A stretch of DNA of 64,000 bases from an uncultured Gemmatimonadales bacterium (GCA_963741945.1 CAVUKA010000001.1:864001-928000), one strand, 5' to 3'. Positions 1 through 10,629 are shown, counted from the first letter of the stretch. The notes: generated by a model from the sequence alone, not told the origin. Made by a program: numbers and translations.

Positions 1-106
1 CAACGGTATAACGTTACACGAATCGTGCCTGCGGCAGGCTCCGGCGAGCCCGCTGGAGAGGCTGGCCTCCGGTGGGAGGCCATAGCAGACGGCCGGGGAT
101 CGCCGG

Positions 107-3100
107 TCAGAAGCTGGGGCCGAGCGCGACGTAGAAGGAGCCGCCTGGCGCGAGGGGACCGAGGGGCTGGGCGTAGCCGGCCCGTACCCGCGCGGGAGAG
201 CCGTGGAGGAGGCCGAGGTCGAGGGCGATCTCGGCACCGACAGCGGCGAGGGGGGTCCGGTCGGGGGTGGAGCAGAAGTGGGCGGCCGAGCCCGCGGGGC
301 ACCAGGCGTCGCCGGCATCGGCGAAGAGCGCGCCGGCGATGGACGTGAGGGTGAGCCCCCAGACGGCCGGGGGCGCATCTCGCATGTGGATCGGGAACCG
401 GTACTCGGCGGAGGCGGTCCAGGCGCGCGTGCCCGTACGGGCGTCGGTGCCCCAGCCGCGCACGGGGAATTCGCCGGTGGAAGTCGAGGCGCTGAGCACG
501 TCGGCGAGATTGTCGACGGCGCCGTAGCCGCCGATCCCTGCGGGGAGGGCGTGATCCCCGGAACGCAGGAGTCCGGCCACGCGTGCGGCCAGGACGTGGT
601 GGGCGAAGCCGCCGAGGGGCAGCGCGAGATAGCCGGCGGCGCGACCCCGGAGTTGGTCGTACGCCTTCTCGCCGGAGTCGGTGAGCCACCACCGACCGAC
701 GGTCCCGGACAGCGACACGCCATCCTCGAGGCTGATGGACATGGGGAAGGCGCGGGCGGTGGAGAGGCCGGGCCCGGCAGCGATGCCGGCGCGCGTGCGG
801 AGCGCCGGGAGGCTGTCATCGAGCGCGCGCAGGTCCCGGGCCTGGTACTCCTGCGCCACCATGTCGGCAGCGGCGCTGAGCCACGTGCTGCGGCGCCAGT
901 GGCGTCGCAGGAAGAGCGCTCCCGCGGCCACGCGGTCCTCGCGCAGGAGGACCGCGTCCAGCGGCGACTCGTTCAGGTACAGCGTCCCCGCGGATGACCA
1001 GTCGCGCGAGGCGCTGAGCGTGACGGTGGGCACGCCGAATCCGCGGAAGGTCCACCCGGCGCTGCCGAGCATCCGGCCCGTATCGAAATCTCGGGCGAGC
1101 CACGCCGACCAGACGTGGCGGGCGAGCAGGTCCCATCCCTGGGTCGCCACCCCGAAGAACGCCAGCCCTTTGCCGTACGACGGGCTCAGGGTGGCGAACG
1201 AAGGGACCCAGTAGTACGGACGCACCGTGGGCCAGGGGGAGTACGGGTGCGACGGCGCCGCTTCCGGCGCCGGGGTCGTGGCGGCCGCGCCACCCGGCGA
1301 TGCCCCGGCCTCGCCCGTCTCAACGGCCTGAGCCGGCGACTGGGGCGGCGGGAGCAGCCCGGGTCGGTACCGCTGCGTCGGCGGGGGAGCCGGCTCCCAG
1401 GCGGCAGTGTCCAGGGCGGTGCGCTCGATGTGCCAGCCATCGTGGTGGTAGACGGAAAGGTAGAGGGAGCGGCCATCCGGGGAGACCTCGGGGTCGAACG
1501 CGCCCGTGAGCACGCGCGTGACCCGGCGCACGGGCCCGACCGCGGCGAGGGCGGCGGCATCCCAGCGGACGGCGTAGATGTCGCTGATCCCGGTCCGGTC
1601 GGAGGACCAGAGCAACCAGCGCCCGTCCGGCGTCCAGGCCGGCGACCGGTCGAGGGCATCGTCGGCGGTGATGGGCGCGATGCGGCCGCTGGCGACGTCC
1701 ACCACGACCAGGTCCTCCTGGCCGCGGATGTGCCGCGCGACCGCGATGCTGCGGCCGTCCGGGCTCCATCGTGGCGTGTCGAACGCCTGCCCGGGCGAGG
1801 CATCGGCAAGGACGCGGGTGGCCCCGGTGCCATTGTCGTGCACCACCAGCCGGAGCCCGCCGTCATGGTCCTGGATCGCGGCGATCCGCCGCCCGCCGGG
1901 AGCGACGTCGGGGCTGGCCAGCCGCTCCCCGCTCGTGAGGCGGCGCTGGTCGCCAGCGCTGTCGACGCGCCACAGGTCGCTGTAGATCCGGTACGGGTCG
2001 CGGTAATCCAGCTGCGCCACCACCAGTCCGGCTCCGTCGGGGAGCCAGCTGGCGGGCCCGAGGATGCCACCGAACTGATTGCGGCGCGAGAGCGTGCTGC
2101 GGCGGTCCGTGGCCAGGTCGAGGACCCGCGTGGCGGGGTCGGAGCGAAAATCGTCCGTCGCGTACGCCAGCCGCCCGCCATCGGGAGAGACGCGCGGCGC
2201 CACTGCGTAGGGTCCGCGGCGAACGAGCGTGTCCGTGTGCGTGATCCCTTCGCCCCGGAGGCTGTCCGCCAGTGCGCGGGCGTCGGCCGTGACCTGGTCG
2301 CGCCACGCACCATAGATCTCGTCGAAGGACTCGCCGAGCGCCCTGCTGGCGATCCGGTCGAAGAAGACGAACGTGGGCAGGACCGCCCCCGTCGCCGCCT
2401 GGATCAGCTCGTGATGCGCATCGATCCCGTACCGGTCGGCGATCCACTGCATGAGCTCGCCGCCGTAGATGTAGCTGCGATTCCCCGCCGGCCAGGCCGG
2501 GCTGGGCGCGCTGACATCGTCCAGACGCGGGACCCGGTCCTCCAGCGCGGCCGTGCGCACCACCATGTCGTGGTAGCTGCCGAGGACCCGCCCCGCCCCG
2601 GTGAGGCGGGACTCGTAGAACGTGGCCAGCCCTTCCGTATTCCACCCGGGCGTGCCCAGCTCCGGGAACAGCGGCCACATCACGGGGACGCGGCCGAACA
2701 CGGCGCGAAGCCGGCTTCCCACGGGGCCCGTCCGGTCCAGCTGGAAGATGTGCACCAGCTCGTGGGACACCACCAGCTCCATCCAGTCCCGCGCCCAGTC
2801 GAGCCCGGGCATGCCGATGGCCGGCCGCGCGTACACCACGATCCGGTTCGATGCGTACGGCGTCGCGAACCCGTTCGTGTAGTCCGCGAAGTCCGTGACC
2901 ACCACGTCGATCTTGCTCGCGGGCGGCGCCGTCAGCTCGCGGCCCAGCACCACGTAGGCTCGCTCCGCCACCGCCCCCGCCTCGCGCGCCAGCGGCTCCA
3001 GGCGCGGCTGGAACGTGACGCGGAAGTGCTCGGTGTCGAAAGTGCGCCACGCGCCATCGGGCGGCGGATCCTGAGCCGCGGCGGGGGCGGGGGCGGCGAC

Positions 3101-3184
3101 GAGGGCGACGAGGGCGACGAGGGCGACGAAGGCGGCGAGGGCGACGAGCGCGGAGACCAGCGGGTGGGCGGCGCGGCGGCTCAT
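107..3184 (-). CDS. Outer-membrane protein: HExxH peptidase-like domain + TolB/PD40 beta-propeller + C-terminal Omp85/BamA-like barrel
   Basis: Signal peptide; SHELVH followed by NTEGLA (zinc-peptidase pattern); repeated PxWSPDG propeller motifs; barrel motifs FPVRGW, AEYRFPI, GALFADAG; terminal Phe. Confidence 0.75.
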   Translation of the reverse strand: MSRRAAHPLVSALVALAAFVALVALVALVAAPAPAAAQDPPPDGAWRTFDTEHFRVTFQPRLEPLAREAGAVAERAYVVLGRELTAPPASKIDVVVTDFADYTNGFATPYASNRIVVYARPAIGMPGLDWARDWMELVVSHELVHIFQLDRTGPVGSRLRAVFGRVPVMWPLFPELGTPGWNTEGLATFYESRLTGAGRVLGSYHDMVVRTAALEDRVPRLDDVSAPSPAWPAGNRSYIYGGELMQWIADRYGIDAHHELIQAATGAVLPTFVFFDRIASRALGESFDEIYGAWRDQVTADARALADSLRGEGITHTDTLVRRGPYAVAPRVSPDGGRLAYATDDFRSDPATRVLDLATDRRSTLSRRNQFGGILGPASWLPDGAGLVVAQLDYRDPYRIYSDLWRVDSAGDQRRLTSGERLASPDVAPGGRRIAAIQDHDGGLRLVVHDNGTGATRVLADASPGQAFDTPRWSPDGRSIAVARHIRGQEDLVVVDVASGRIAPITADDALDRSPAWTPDGRWLLWSSDRTGISDIYAVRWDAAALAAVGPVRRVTRVLTGAFDPEVSPDGRSLYLSVYHHDGWHIERTALDTAAWEPAPPPTQRYRPGLLPPPQSPAQAVETGEAGASPGGAAATTPAPEAAPSHPYSPWPTVRPYYWVPSFATLSPSYGKGLAFFGVATQGWDLLARHVWSAWLARDFDTGRMLGSAGWTFRGFGVPTVTLSASRDWSSAGTLYLNESPLDAVLLREDRVAAGALFLRRHWRRSTWLSAAADMVAQEYQARDLRALDDSLPALRTRAGIAAGPGLSTARAFPMSISLEDGVSLSGTVGRWWLTDSGEKAYDQLRGRAAGYLALPLGGFAHHVLAARVAGLLRSGDHALPAGIGGYGAVDNLADVLSASTSTGEFPVRGWGTDARTGTRAWTASAEYRFPIHMRDAPPAVWGLTLTSIAGALFADAGDAWCPAGSAAHFCSTPDRTPLAAVGAEIALDLGLLHGSPARVRAGYAQPLGPLAPGGSFYVALGPSF
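3096..3150. repeat. Imperfect 9-bp tandem repeat (GGCGACGAG)n encoding LVA repeats in the signal peptide
   Basis: Visible directly: gacgagggcgacgagggcgacgagggcgacgaa. Confidence 0.7.
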
Positions 3185-5244
3185 CGGGGCAGGCTCCGGA
3201 GCCAGTCTACCAGCCCGCGCACGTGGGCTTCGGCGATGCGGCGGCGGACATCCTCCCGCTTCAGCGCGGCCTCCTGGGCGGGGATCATCATGAACATGTT
3301 CTCGGTGAGGATGGCGGGGGCCCAGGTGAAGCGCGGCTGGTGCAGGTCGGCGCGGCCGTAGCCCAGGTCGCGCAGCCCGAGCTCGGCGAGCAGCGCCCGC
3401 TGGACATCACGCGCCAGCAGCGCGGAGCTGGCATGGTTGTAATAGACGCTGGTCCCGTTGTTCTCGAACGGGTTCACCCCTTCCGGGAACGCATTGTTGT
3501 GCACGCTGATCCACACGTCCACGTCCTCGGCGCGGGCGAGCGCCGTGCGCTGAACGAGCGAGAGGGTCGTGTCCGTGGTGCGCGTCATGACCACGCGGGC
3601 GCCGCGCGCCAGGAGCGCGTCCCGGAGTGCCAGCGCAATGCCGAGGTTCGCGTCGGCCTCGGTGAGCCCGGTGGGCCCCATGGTCCGCCGATCGGCGCCG
3701 CCGTGGCCGGCATCCACGCCCACCACGAGGCCGGCCAGCGGGTTGTCCGGGTCGAGTACCGGCGGGCGCTTCAGGCGCAGCACCAGGTCGCCGCCCGGGC
3801 CCCAGAAGGTCTCGTAGCCCCACGGGATGGTGGAGAGCTGGAGGTCGAGGCGGAAAAGCCGATCGGACGGCTGGCGCCATTCGCCGCGGAGGACGTACGG
3901 GTCGATGCGACCGTACTGGAGAAAGTTCACCCGGCTGGTGGCGCCGAAGACGCGCAGGGAGAGAGACCGGTGGCCTTCCGTGACGTCGTAGGGGAGGCGG
4001 CGATCCATGGCCACGTGCACGTCGATCCAGCCGGGCTGCGGGTCCATGCGCACCACGGCCACGCGCGAGGTGGGCGGCGGGGTCCCGGGCGCGAGCAGCG
4101 TCACGGCGCCGGACGGCGTCCAGGCGCTCAGGTCATCCGTGAGCCGGACGCGGTAGATCCCGTTCCGCTCTCCCGTGAGCTCCAGCTCCGTGCCGTTCCG
4201 CCACGTGTACGCGTACGGGCCGCTGCCGGGGCCGGGGCGCGCGACGATGCGTTGGTCCCCGTTGCGTTCCGGCGTGTCGGCGTCCAGCGCCCGGCCCACC
4301 CGCGGACGCGCGGGGTCCTGCAACACCAGGTTGAGCCGGAGCGGGCGGCGCACGGTGTCGCCCCGGACCGCAAGCACGAGCACCGCGGGGCGTGCGTCGG
4401 CGCCGTCGTCCGGTGCGGGCCGGGGGCGCTCCGCCAGCGCGGGCCACGGGACGTCACGATCCGGACTCACCAGGCGACGGGCGGCGAAGAATCCACGGTA
4501 CCACGCCAGCCCCGACGCGGGTTCCGGCGCTGCGGCCGCTTCCGCTCCGGCGCCGGGCCGCACGCCGAACTCGGTCACGGACGCCGCAGCGGATTGCGCC
4601 TCCTCGATGAGCGGCAGCCGGACGCTGTCGGGAAGGAGCAGCCACGCCTGTCCGCCGGCCGTGCCCCTGAACCCCACCTCCACGCGCTCGCCCGTGAGCG
4701 CCACCCAGGCGCCGGACGGGTACGAGGAGCCGTCCAGGATCGCGGTGGCGCCCCCTGCCACCGGGGGCGGCGGCGGCGGGAAGACCGGCACATCGAGCGT
4801 GCGGGTCTCGTCGCCCAGTGTCGCGCGGAGGTGGTAGGTCGAGTCCGCCACGGGTACCGGGACGTAGGCCAGGAACGCGCCATTCGGGGCCACGTCCACG
4901 GGGCGGTCGTCGATCGTGAGCTGCGCGCGGCCGTTCCCCGTGGAGCCGAAGATGAAGCTGCGGCCGCGGGTGGCCAGGTGCGCCGAATCGGGCGGGAACC
5001 GGACCTGGAGGTCGAGCGGACCGTTCACTTCCGGGATCGGCGGCAGCGCGGGCGTGGGGGCGTGCGGCCCGGGCAGGGGCGCGGCCTCCGTCGCGGGGGC
5101 GGGCGTGGGGGCAGTGGCGCAGCCGGCAAGGGCGGCCGTGGGCCCGGCGAGCGTGGCGAGGGTGAGGGCGATGGCGCGTCCCGGCATGCGGCGGGCCCGG
5201 AGACCGGCGGAGTGGGTCGGCATGGTCGTGCTCTTTGCCGTCAT
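3181..5244 (-). CDS. N-acetylmuramoyl-L-alanine amidase (Amidase_3), probable lipoprotein
   Basis: C-terminal VDAGHGG, EADANL, VMTRT, ISVHNNA motifs; lipobox LAGC. Only the 3' part of the 3181..7179 ORF is coding; start at 5244 overlaps the symporter stop (5223 and 5187 are alternatives). Confidence 0.85.
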   Translation of the reverse strand: MTAKSTTMPTHSAGLRARRMPGRAIALTLATLAGPTAALAGCATAPTPAPATEAAPLPGPHAPTPALPPIPEVNGPLDLQVRFPPDSAHLATRGRSFIFGSTGNGRAQLTIDDRPVDVAPNGAFLAYVPVPVADSTYHLRATLGDETRTLDVPVFPPPPPPVAGGATAILDGSSYPSGAWVALTGERVEVGFRGTAGGQAWLLLPDSVRLPLIEEAQSAAASVTEFGVRPGAGAEAAAAPEPASGLAWYRGFFAARRLVSPDRDVPWPALAERPRPAPDDGADARPAVLVLAVRGDTVRRPLRLNLVLQDPARPRVGRALDADTPERNGDQRIVARPGPGSGPYAYTWRNGTELELTGERNGIYRVRLTDDLSAWTPSGAVTLLAPGTPPPTSRVAVVRMDPQPGWIDVHVAMDRRLPYDVTEGHRSLSLRVFGATSRVNFLQYGRIDPYVLRGEWRQPSDRLFRLDLQLSTIPWGYETFWGPGGDLVLRLKRPPVLDPDNPLAGLVVGVDAGHGGADRRTMGPTGLTEADANLGIALALRDALLARGARVVMTRTTDTTLSLVQRTALARAEDVDVWISVHNNAFPEGVNPFENNGTSVYYNHASSALLARDVQRALLAELGLRDLGYGRADLHQPRFTWAPAILTENMFMMIPAQEAALKREDVRRRIAEAHVRGLVDWLRSLPR

Positions 5245-7118
5245 GTGGCGGGGCGGGGCTGGGGGCCAGGGTGCGTGGGCGGCTCCGGCGTGGGCGGCGC
5301 GATTTGCGGCGATCCCATGCGGCGGAGCCAGATGAAGCCGACGAGCGCGGTGGCGAAGTTGAAGCCGGCGACGGTCCAGCGCAGGAAGACCAGGCCACCA
5401 ATGCCGAACATGAGTCCGAACAGGATCATGAGCCCGGCGATCACGCGAAGGATGTCCCTCCCCAGGTTCTGCGCCGGCTGGATCCCCGTGCGCTCCTGCA
5501 CCACGCGCCAGCCGGGTCCGCCGGGGCGGATGCGGGTGTAGAACCGGTCCAGGATCTCCGGCTTCTCCGGACGGGTGAGGAACATGATGGGGATCCAGAG
5601 GAGGAGCGTGATGCCGGCGGTGACCATGAGACGGATGCCGAAGTCGTCGATGCGGAGGCTGAAGACGGGGTTGTCGATGGACGTGAGCAGCCCCACCACG
5701 AAGCCGCCCACCATGGCCGAGAGCTCGGCCCAGGCATTGATCCGCCACCAGTACCAGCGGAGGATCAGCACCAGGCCGGGACCGGTGCCCACGGCCAGGA
5801 TCAGGCGATAGACGGTCGCCACGGACGTGGAGTAGAATGCCGCCGTGGCTCCCAGTACTGTGACGCCCACACTGGCCACGCGGGCGAACAGCACCAGCTC
5901 CTTCTGCCCCGCCTCCGGCCGGACGAAACGGGCGTAGAGGTCGTTGGTGATGTAGCTGGCGCTCCAGTTGATGAGCGTGGACACCGTGGACATGAACGCC
6001 GCGACCAGCGACGCGACGACCAGCCCCAGCACACCCGTCGGGAGGAAGTCGAGCATGAGCTTCGGGTAGCCGAGCTCGCGGTCGCACCCGGGGTCGCCGA
6101 TCCCGGCCGCGGAAAGAGACGCGCACTGGTCGTGCGTGAGCGGCGGATAGATGACGAGCGCCACGATGGCCACCAGCACCCACGGCCAGGTCCGGACCAC
6201 GTAGTTCATGATGTTGAAGAACCACGACGCCCGCTCGGCTTCGTGCTCGGTCTTCACTGCGCTCAGCCGCTGGATGAACTCGCCGCCACCATCGCTGCGA
6301 CGGAACGCCCACCAGAGCACGGCCACGTAGCTGAAGAAGGTGAGGAAGCTGATCCCGGCCGTTTTCGACCACCCCAGCAGCGTGGCGCCGCCGAAATGGA
6401 CGGGGGTGAAGCTCAGGACGTCGAAGTCCGTCAGGCGCTGGGCCCCCGTCACCACTTCCCGCAGCCCGCCCACGTGCGCCACGGCAACGACGGCCACGAT
6501 GATGGCGCCGAGGAGGCCGAGAAAGAACTGGAAGAAATCCGTGGCGGCCACGCCCCAGAGGCCGGAGACGCCGGCGTAGGCCAGCACGAACACGCTCACG
6601 GCCACCACGCTCCACAGCTTTCCGCTCTCGCCCGGGTCCAGCCCCAGGCTCGGGAAGACCTGGAGCGCGTCCACCACTTTCACCATGGCCAGCATGGCGT
6701 AGCCGATCCCGATGCTCCCGATCACCACCGCGAACAGGAACCCCTTCACGGCTCGGAGCGTCGCCGCGGGGCGCCCGCCGTAGCGGAGCTCCGTCAGCTC
6801 GTTGTCCGTGACGATCTCGGCGCGGCGCCAGAGCCGGGCGAAAATGTAGATGAGGATGACGTGGGCGATGGCGTACCCCCACCATTCCCAGTTCCCCGCC
6901 ACCCCGCGGTTGCCCACCACGCCGGCCACGTAGAGGGGCGTGTCGATGGAGAACGTGGTGGCGGCCATGGATGTGCCGGCGAGCCACCACGGCAGCGAGC
7001 GGCCACCCACGAAGAAGTCCACCATGCTCCCGGACGCCCGGCGAGCCAGGTAGATTCCCAGGACCATGGTCATGAGCAGGTAGGCCCCGACTATGGCGAA
7101 ATCGACAGTCCCCATCCA
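5241..7118 (-). CDS. Sodium:solute symporter (SSS) family transporter
   Basis: DFFVGGRSLPWWLAGTSMAATTFSIDTP and AAFMSTVST motifs; many TM helices. Confidence 0.9.
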   Translation of the reverse strand, partial: WMGTVDFAIVGAYLLMTMVLGIYLARRASGSMVDFFVGGRSLPWWLAGTSMAATTFSIDTPLYVAGVVGNRGVAGNWEWWGYAIAHVILIYIFARLWRRAEIVTDNELTELRYGGRPAATLRAVKGFLFAVVIGSIGIGYAMLAMVKVVDALQVFPSLGLDPGESGKLWSVVAVSVFVLAYAGVSGLWGVAATDFFQFFLGLLGAIIVAVVAVAHVGGLREVVTGAQRLTDFDVLSFTPVHFGGATLLGWSKTAGISFLTFFSYVAVLWWAFRRSDGGGEFIQRLSAVKTEHEAERASWFFNIMNYVVRTWPWVLVAIVALVIYPPLTHDQCASLSAAGIGDPGCDRELGYPKLMLDFLPTGVLGLVVASLVAAFMSTVSTLINWSASYITNDLYARFVRPEAGQKELVLFARVASVGVTVLGATAAFYSTSVATVYRLILAVGTGPGLVLILRWYWWRINAWAELSAMVGGFVVGLLTSIDNPVFSLRIDDFGIRLMVTAGITLLLWIPIMFLTRPEKPEILDRFYTRIRPGGPGWRVVQERTGIQPAQNLGRDILRVIAGLMILFGLMFGIGGLVFLRWTVAGFNFATALVGFIWLRRMGSPQIAPPTPEPPTHPGPQPRPAT

Positions 7119-7195
7119 TCTCCCTTCCGGCATGCCGGTTGCACCCGCGCCGCCGGCGACTCACCATTCCGGAGCGCACTCATCCAGGAGGTACC

Positions 7196-7870
7196 GTGCT
7201 AGGCGACTTCTTCTATCAGCTGGGCCAGAGCATCGGCGCACTCGAGTCGCAGCTCCGAGGCAAGGGCGGTGCCGCTGATGCTCCGGCCGCCGCAGTGTAC
7301 GACACGGAGGCGGGTCAGGTCCACGACCTCGACCGGGACGCCTTCGAGGACGACACCGGCTCCAGCGCCGAAGCCATGGAGGGCGCACTCGCCGGCGCCG
7401 CCGCCGCGTGGATCGCTGCCCGTGTCCTCCGCCCCCGCGCCGTGTCCTGGCCCCGCGTGGTCTTTGCCGGCGTGGCCGCCACGGCGCTCGCCGACGCCGT
7501 GGGTCGGACGCTCGAGGGCCGCGGCGCATCCGGCGGGAGGCCGTTCGCCCGCGACCCCGAGGAGCTCCTGGCTCGCGTCACGGCCGGCATCGCCGTCGCC
7601 GCCGGGTACGCGTCGCTCCTCTATCCGCGCATCCCGGGGCCCCCGCTCTTCCGGGGCATGGTGTTCGCCGCCCTCGAGCTGGCCGCCGCCCCTCGCGGCG
7701 GGCTGGTGGGGCTGGCCCGCGACACCCCCGGCATCCGGTTCCCGCTACAGGCGCTGGCCACCCCCGTCGATGAGGACGCGGGCACGCTCTCGCGAGTGGC
7801 CTTCGGCTTCGGTCTGGGCCTGTTCTATCGCGACGGGCGCAAAGATGGCGACGAGGACGAGGAGGACTGA
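7196..7870 (+). CDS. Hypothetical membrane protein
   Basis: AGGAGG RBS before GTG at 7196; hydrophobic segments; acidic tail. Confidence 0.65.
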   Translation: MLGDFFYQLGQSIGALESQLRGKGGAADAPAAAVYDTEAGQVHDLDRDAFEDDTGSSAEAMEGALAGAAAAWIAARVLRPRAVSWPRVVFAGVAATALADAVGRTLEGRGASGGRPFARDPEELLARVTAGIAVAAGYASLLYPRIPGPPLFRGMVFAALELAAAPRGGLVGLARDTPGIRFPLQALATPVDEDAGTLSRVAFGFGLGLFYRDGRKDGDEDEED

Positions 7871-9348
7871 GGCCGCGTCAGCCAGTCCGCGGCCGCACGC
7901 TGCATGATCGGCTCTCCGCCCCACGCCAGGAGGATGTTCGCACCCGGCGTCTCCTCCGCCACGCGCGGCGGCCCGAAAAGCGCCACCGTGGCCCCCATGG
8001 GTGACGCGATCGCCGACGACACCGTGTCCACGGCCGCTGCGCTCAGTCCGGGTCGACCCTTGAAGCCGCGGATGTCGGCGAACAGCGCCACCAGCACGGG
8101 CCGCGACCCGGTGGGTCGGTCCACGCCCCGGACATCGATGCCCGCTGCGGTCAGCGCGGCGGCGAGCTCGCCGCGAGGGGCGCTCACGGGGAATGGGCCG
8201 CCCACGTCGTCGTCCACCACCAGTAGCTCCACCGCCGGCGGGCACGACGGCTGACCGCGCACGGGACGGACGGAACGCGCGGCCAGGGTGCGGGCCCACT
8301 CGGCGTCGCCGGCACGACCCCACAGGCGGGTGGGGTCCGTCTCCGAGGTCCGGTCGTCGGTACGCCCCGCCGCCCGCTCCGCCTCGGCGCGGACCCGGGC
8401 GACAGCCTCGCCGATCCGCTCCTCCGGGACCGCGTCGCCCCTCGCCCGGTCCAGCGCTGCCGCCAGCGCTTCCACGTCGCGCGGGTAGAGGAGCACGTCG
8501 CAGCCGGCGTTCAGCGCCCGCACGGCCGCGTCGGCCTCCGCCGCGCGTGCATCGCTGGCCCCGCCCAGTACCCCTTCCATGATCAGCGCGTCCGTCACGA
8601 TCAGGCCGTCGAACCCCATGCGCTCCCGCAGGAGTCCCGTGAGGATCGGCCGCGACAGCGTGGCCGGCGCGCCGCTGGCGTCCAGCGCCGGGTACGACAC
8701 GTGGGCCGTCATCACGGATTCGACGCCGGCCTCGATCGCCGCGCGGAACGGCGCCAGGTCGGCCGCCTCCAGCGTGGCCGCGTCCGCTTCCACCCGCGGC
8801 AGCGCGAGGTGCGAGTCCGCCGTGGTCCGCCCATGCCCCGGGAAATGCTTCGCGCACGCCAGCGCGCCGCCGTCGCGACACCCCTCGATCCACGCCCGGA
8901 CCTGCCGCGACGCGGTCTCCGGATCATCTCCGAACGCACGGCTCCCCACGATCGGGTTCTCCGGCTCCACGTCCAGGTCGGCCACGGGGGCATAGACCCA
9001 GTTCACGCCCATGGCCAGAGCTTCCCGCGCCGTCAGCTCACCCGCCCGGCGCGTCAGGTCCAGGTCCCCGATCCCCGCCAGCGCCGCCGCCGGCGGCAGC
9101 GATGTGGCGCCCGCGAACTGCTGGCCCGCACCGCGCTCCAGGTCGGCCCCGACCAGCAGTGGATGCGAGCTCCGCTCCCGGAGCTCCGCCGTCAGCTCCC
9201 GCACCGCCCCGGCCGTCCCGCCGAAGATGATGAAGCCGCCCACTCCCAGACCCAGTGCCCGGTCCACGGGCTCGTCGTAGTCTCCGAACGACCCGCTCTC
9301 CACATTCCAGCGGATCGCCGGGAACAGTAGCCGCGCCGTGTCTCTCAT
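7825..9348 (-). CDS. nagZ: Beta-N-acetylhexosaminidase (GH3)
   Basis: ADLERG, KHFPGHGRTTADSH, MTAHV, FDGLIVTDAL motifs. Confidence 0.88.
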   Translation of the reverse strand: MRDTARLLFPAIRWNVESGSFGDYDEPVDRALGLGVGGFIIFGGTAGAVRELTAELRERSSHPLLVGADLERGAGQQFAGATSLPPAAALAGIGDLDLTRRAGELTAREALAMGVNWVYAPVADLDVEPENPIVGSRAFGDDPETASRQVRAWIEGCRDGGALACAKHFPGHGRTTADSHLALPRVEADAATLEAADLAPFRAAIEAGVESVMTAHVSYPALDASGAPATLSRPILTGLLRERMGFDGLIVTDALIMEGVLGGASDARAAEADAAVRALNAGCDVLLYPRDVEALAAALDRARGDAVPEERIGEAVARVRAEAERAAGRTDDRTSETDPTRLWGRAGDAEWARTLAARSVRPVRGQPSCPPAVELLVVDDDVGGPFPVSAPRGELAAALTAAGIDVRGVDRPTGSRPVLVALFADIRGFKGRPGLSAAAVDTVSSAIASPMGATVALFGPPRVAEETPGANILLAWGGEPIMQRAAADWLTRPQSSSSSSPSLRPSR

Positions 9349-9364
9349 CCTCTCCCCTCCCCGT

Positions 9365-10576
9365 TCAGACCCGTCCTGTCCACCCTTGTACGAGGCGCCC
9401 GTGCCCATGGCCTTTCGCGCCGTGCCCGCCTCGGCCGCCCGGCGTCAACGACCCCAGCACCCTCGCGCCCGTCGCCCCGGTCACTTCCGGCACGCTCGCG
9501 GGACGCCCGGCGAGGTGCGCCCACGCCAGCACCGCGAACGCCACGGCCTCCTTCGCTTCCGGCGGGATTCCCAGCGCGACCCCCTCACGGACCGGAAGCG
9601 GATCGAGCTCCCGCCGGAGCATGTCCATGAGCGCGCCGTTTCGGCTGCCGCCGCCCGTGACGATCATCTCCCCATCCGCGCCGGGATCCGCCCAGCGGCG
9701 CACGGCGACCGCGATGCTCCGGGCCGTGAGGGCGGTGAGGGTGGCGACGAGGTCCGCCCACTCCCCCCGCCCCTTCGGCCCGTTGGCGCCCGCCAGCCGC
9801 TCCACGTACGGTCGCCCGAACCGCTCCCGCCCCGTCGACTTGGGCGGCGGCCGCTGGAAGTACGGGTCGGCGAGCAGCTGCTCGAGGAGCGTCGCGTCCA
9901 CTGTTCCGGCGCGGGCCCACTCGCCATCGCGGTCGAACGCTTCCCGGCCGTCCGTCGCCAGCGCCACGGCCGCGTCGATCAGCGCGTTGCCGGGACCCGT
10001 GTCGAACGCCACCAGAGGGCCATCATCGCCCCGGGGCGGCAGCCGCGTCAGGTTGGCCATTCCGCCGACATTCTGCAGGACCCGGGGCCGGTCCCCGGTG
10101 AAGAGGAGGCGGTCCACCCACGGGACCAGCGGCGCGCCCTCTCCGCCGGCAGCCATGTCCCGGCTACGGAAATCGCTCACCACGTCCACGCCCATCCGCT
10201 CCGCGATGGTCGCCGGGCAGCCGAGCTGCAGCGTGGCACCTCGTCGGCCGTCGCGCGGCGGATCGTGCCAGATGGTCTGGCCGTGGGAGCCCACGACGTC
10301 GATCTCGCCGAGGGGGACACCCGCCGCCCGGCAGACTGCGACCACGGCGTCCGCGAACCACTCGCCCAGGCGAGCGTGAAGCCGCGCCAGGGCGGCCGCG
10401 TTTCCGCCCGCCCCCATGGCGGCGTGGATCTCATCCCGGCGCGCGGGCGTGAACGGGTAGGTCTCGAAGGCGATGAGGCGGCAGGAGATGTCGTCGCCGG
10501 CCCCGTCCTCCAGCTCCACCAGCGCCGCATCGATCCCGTCCAGCGACGTCCCGGACATGAGCCCCACCACCTTCAT
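9365..10576 (-). CDS. anmK: Anhydro-N-acetylmuramic acid kinase
   Basis: GLMSGTSLDGID, GSHGQT, GGEGAPLVP, AFDTGPGN, PKSTGRE motifs. Confidence 0.95.
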   Translation of the reverse strand: MKVVGLMSGTSLDGIDAALVELEDGAGDDISCRLIAFETYPFTPARRDEIHAAMGAGGNAAALARLHARLGEWFADAVVAVCRAAGVPLGEIDVVGSHGQTIWHDPPRDGRRGATLQLGCPATIAERMGVDVVSDFRSRDMAAGGEGAPLVPWVDRLLFTGDRPRVLQNVGGMANLTRLPPRGDDGPLVAFDTGPGNALIDAAVALATDGREAFDRDGEWARAGTVDATLLEQLLADPYFQRPPPKSTGRERFGRPYVERLAGANGPKGRGEWADLVATLTALTARSIAVAVRRWADPGADGEMIVTGGGSRNGALMDMLRRELDPLPVREGVALGIPPEAKEAVAFAVLAWAHLAGRPASVPEVTGATGARVLGSLTPGGRGGHGAKGHGHGRLVQGWTGRV

Positions 10577-10629
10577 GGCACCTCCCCATCGCGGTTCACC
10601 CCGCGCTTCGCCCCCCCCGGTGGTCGGGC

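Noticed and set aside
3181-7179. 1332-aa ORF as a single protein
   Set aside because: The N-terminal half is an off-frame shadow of the symporter; only the part from ~5244 is the amidase
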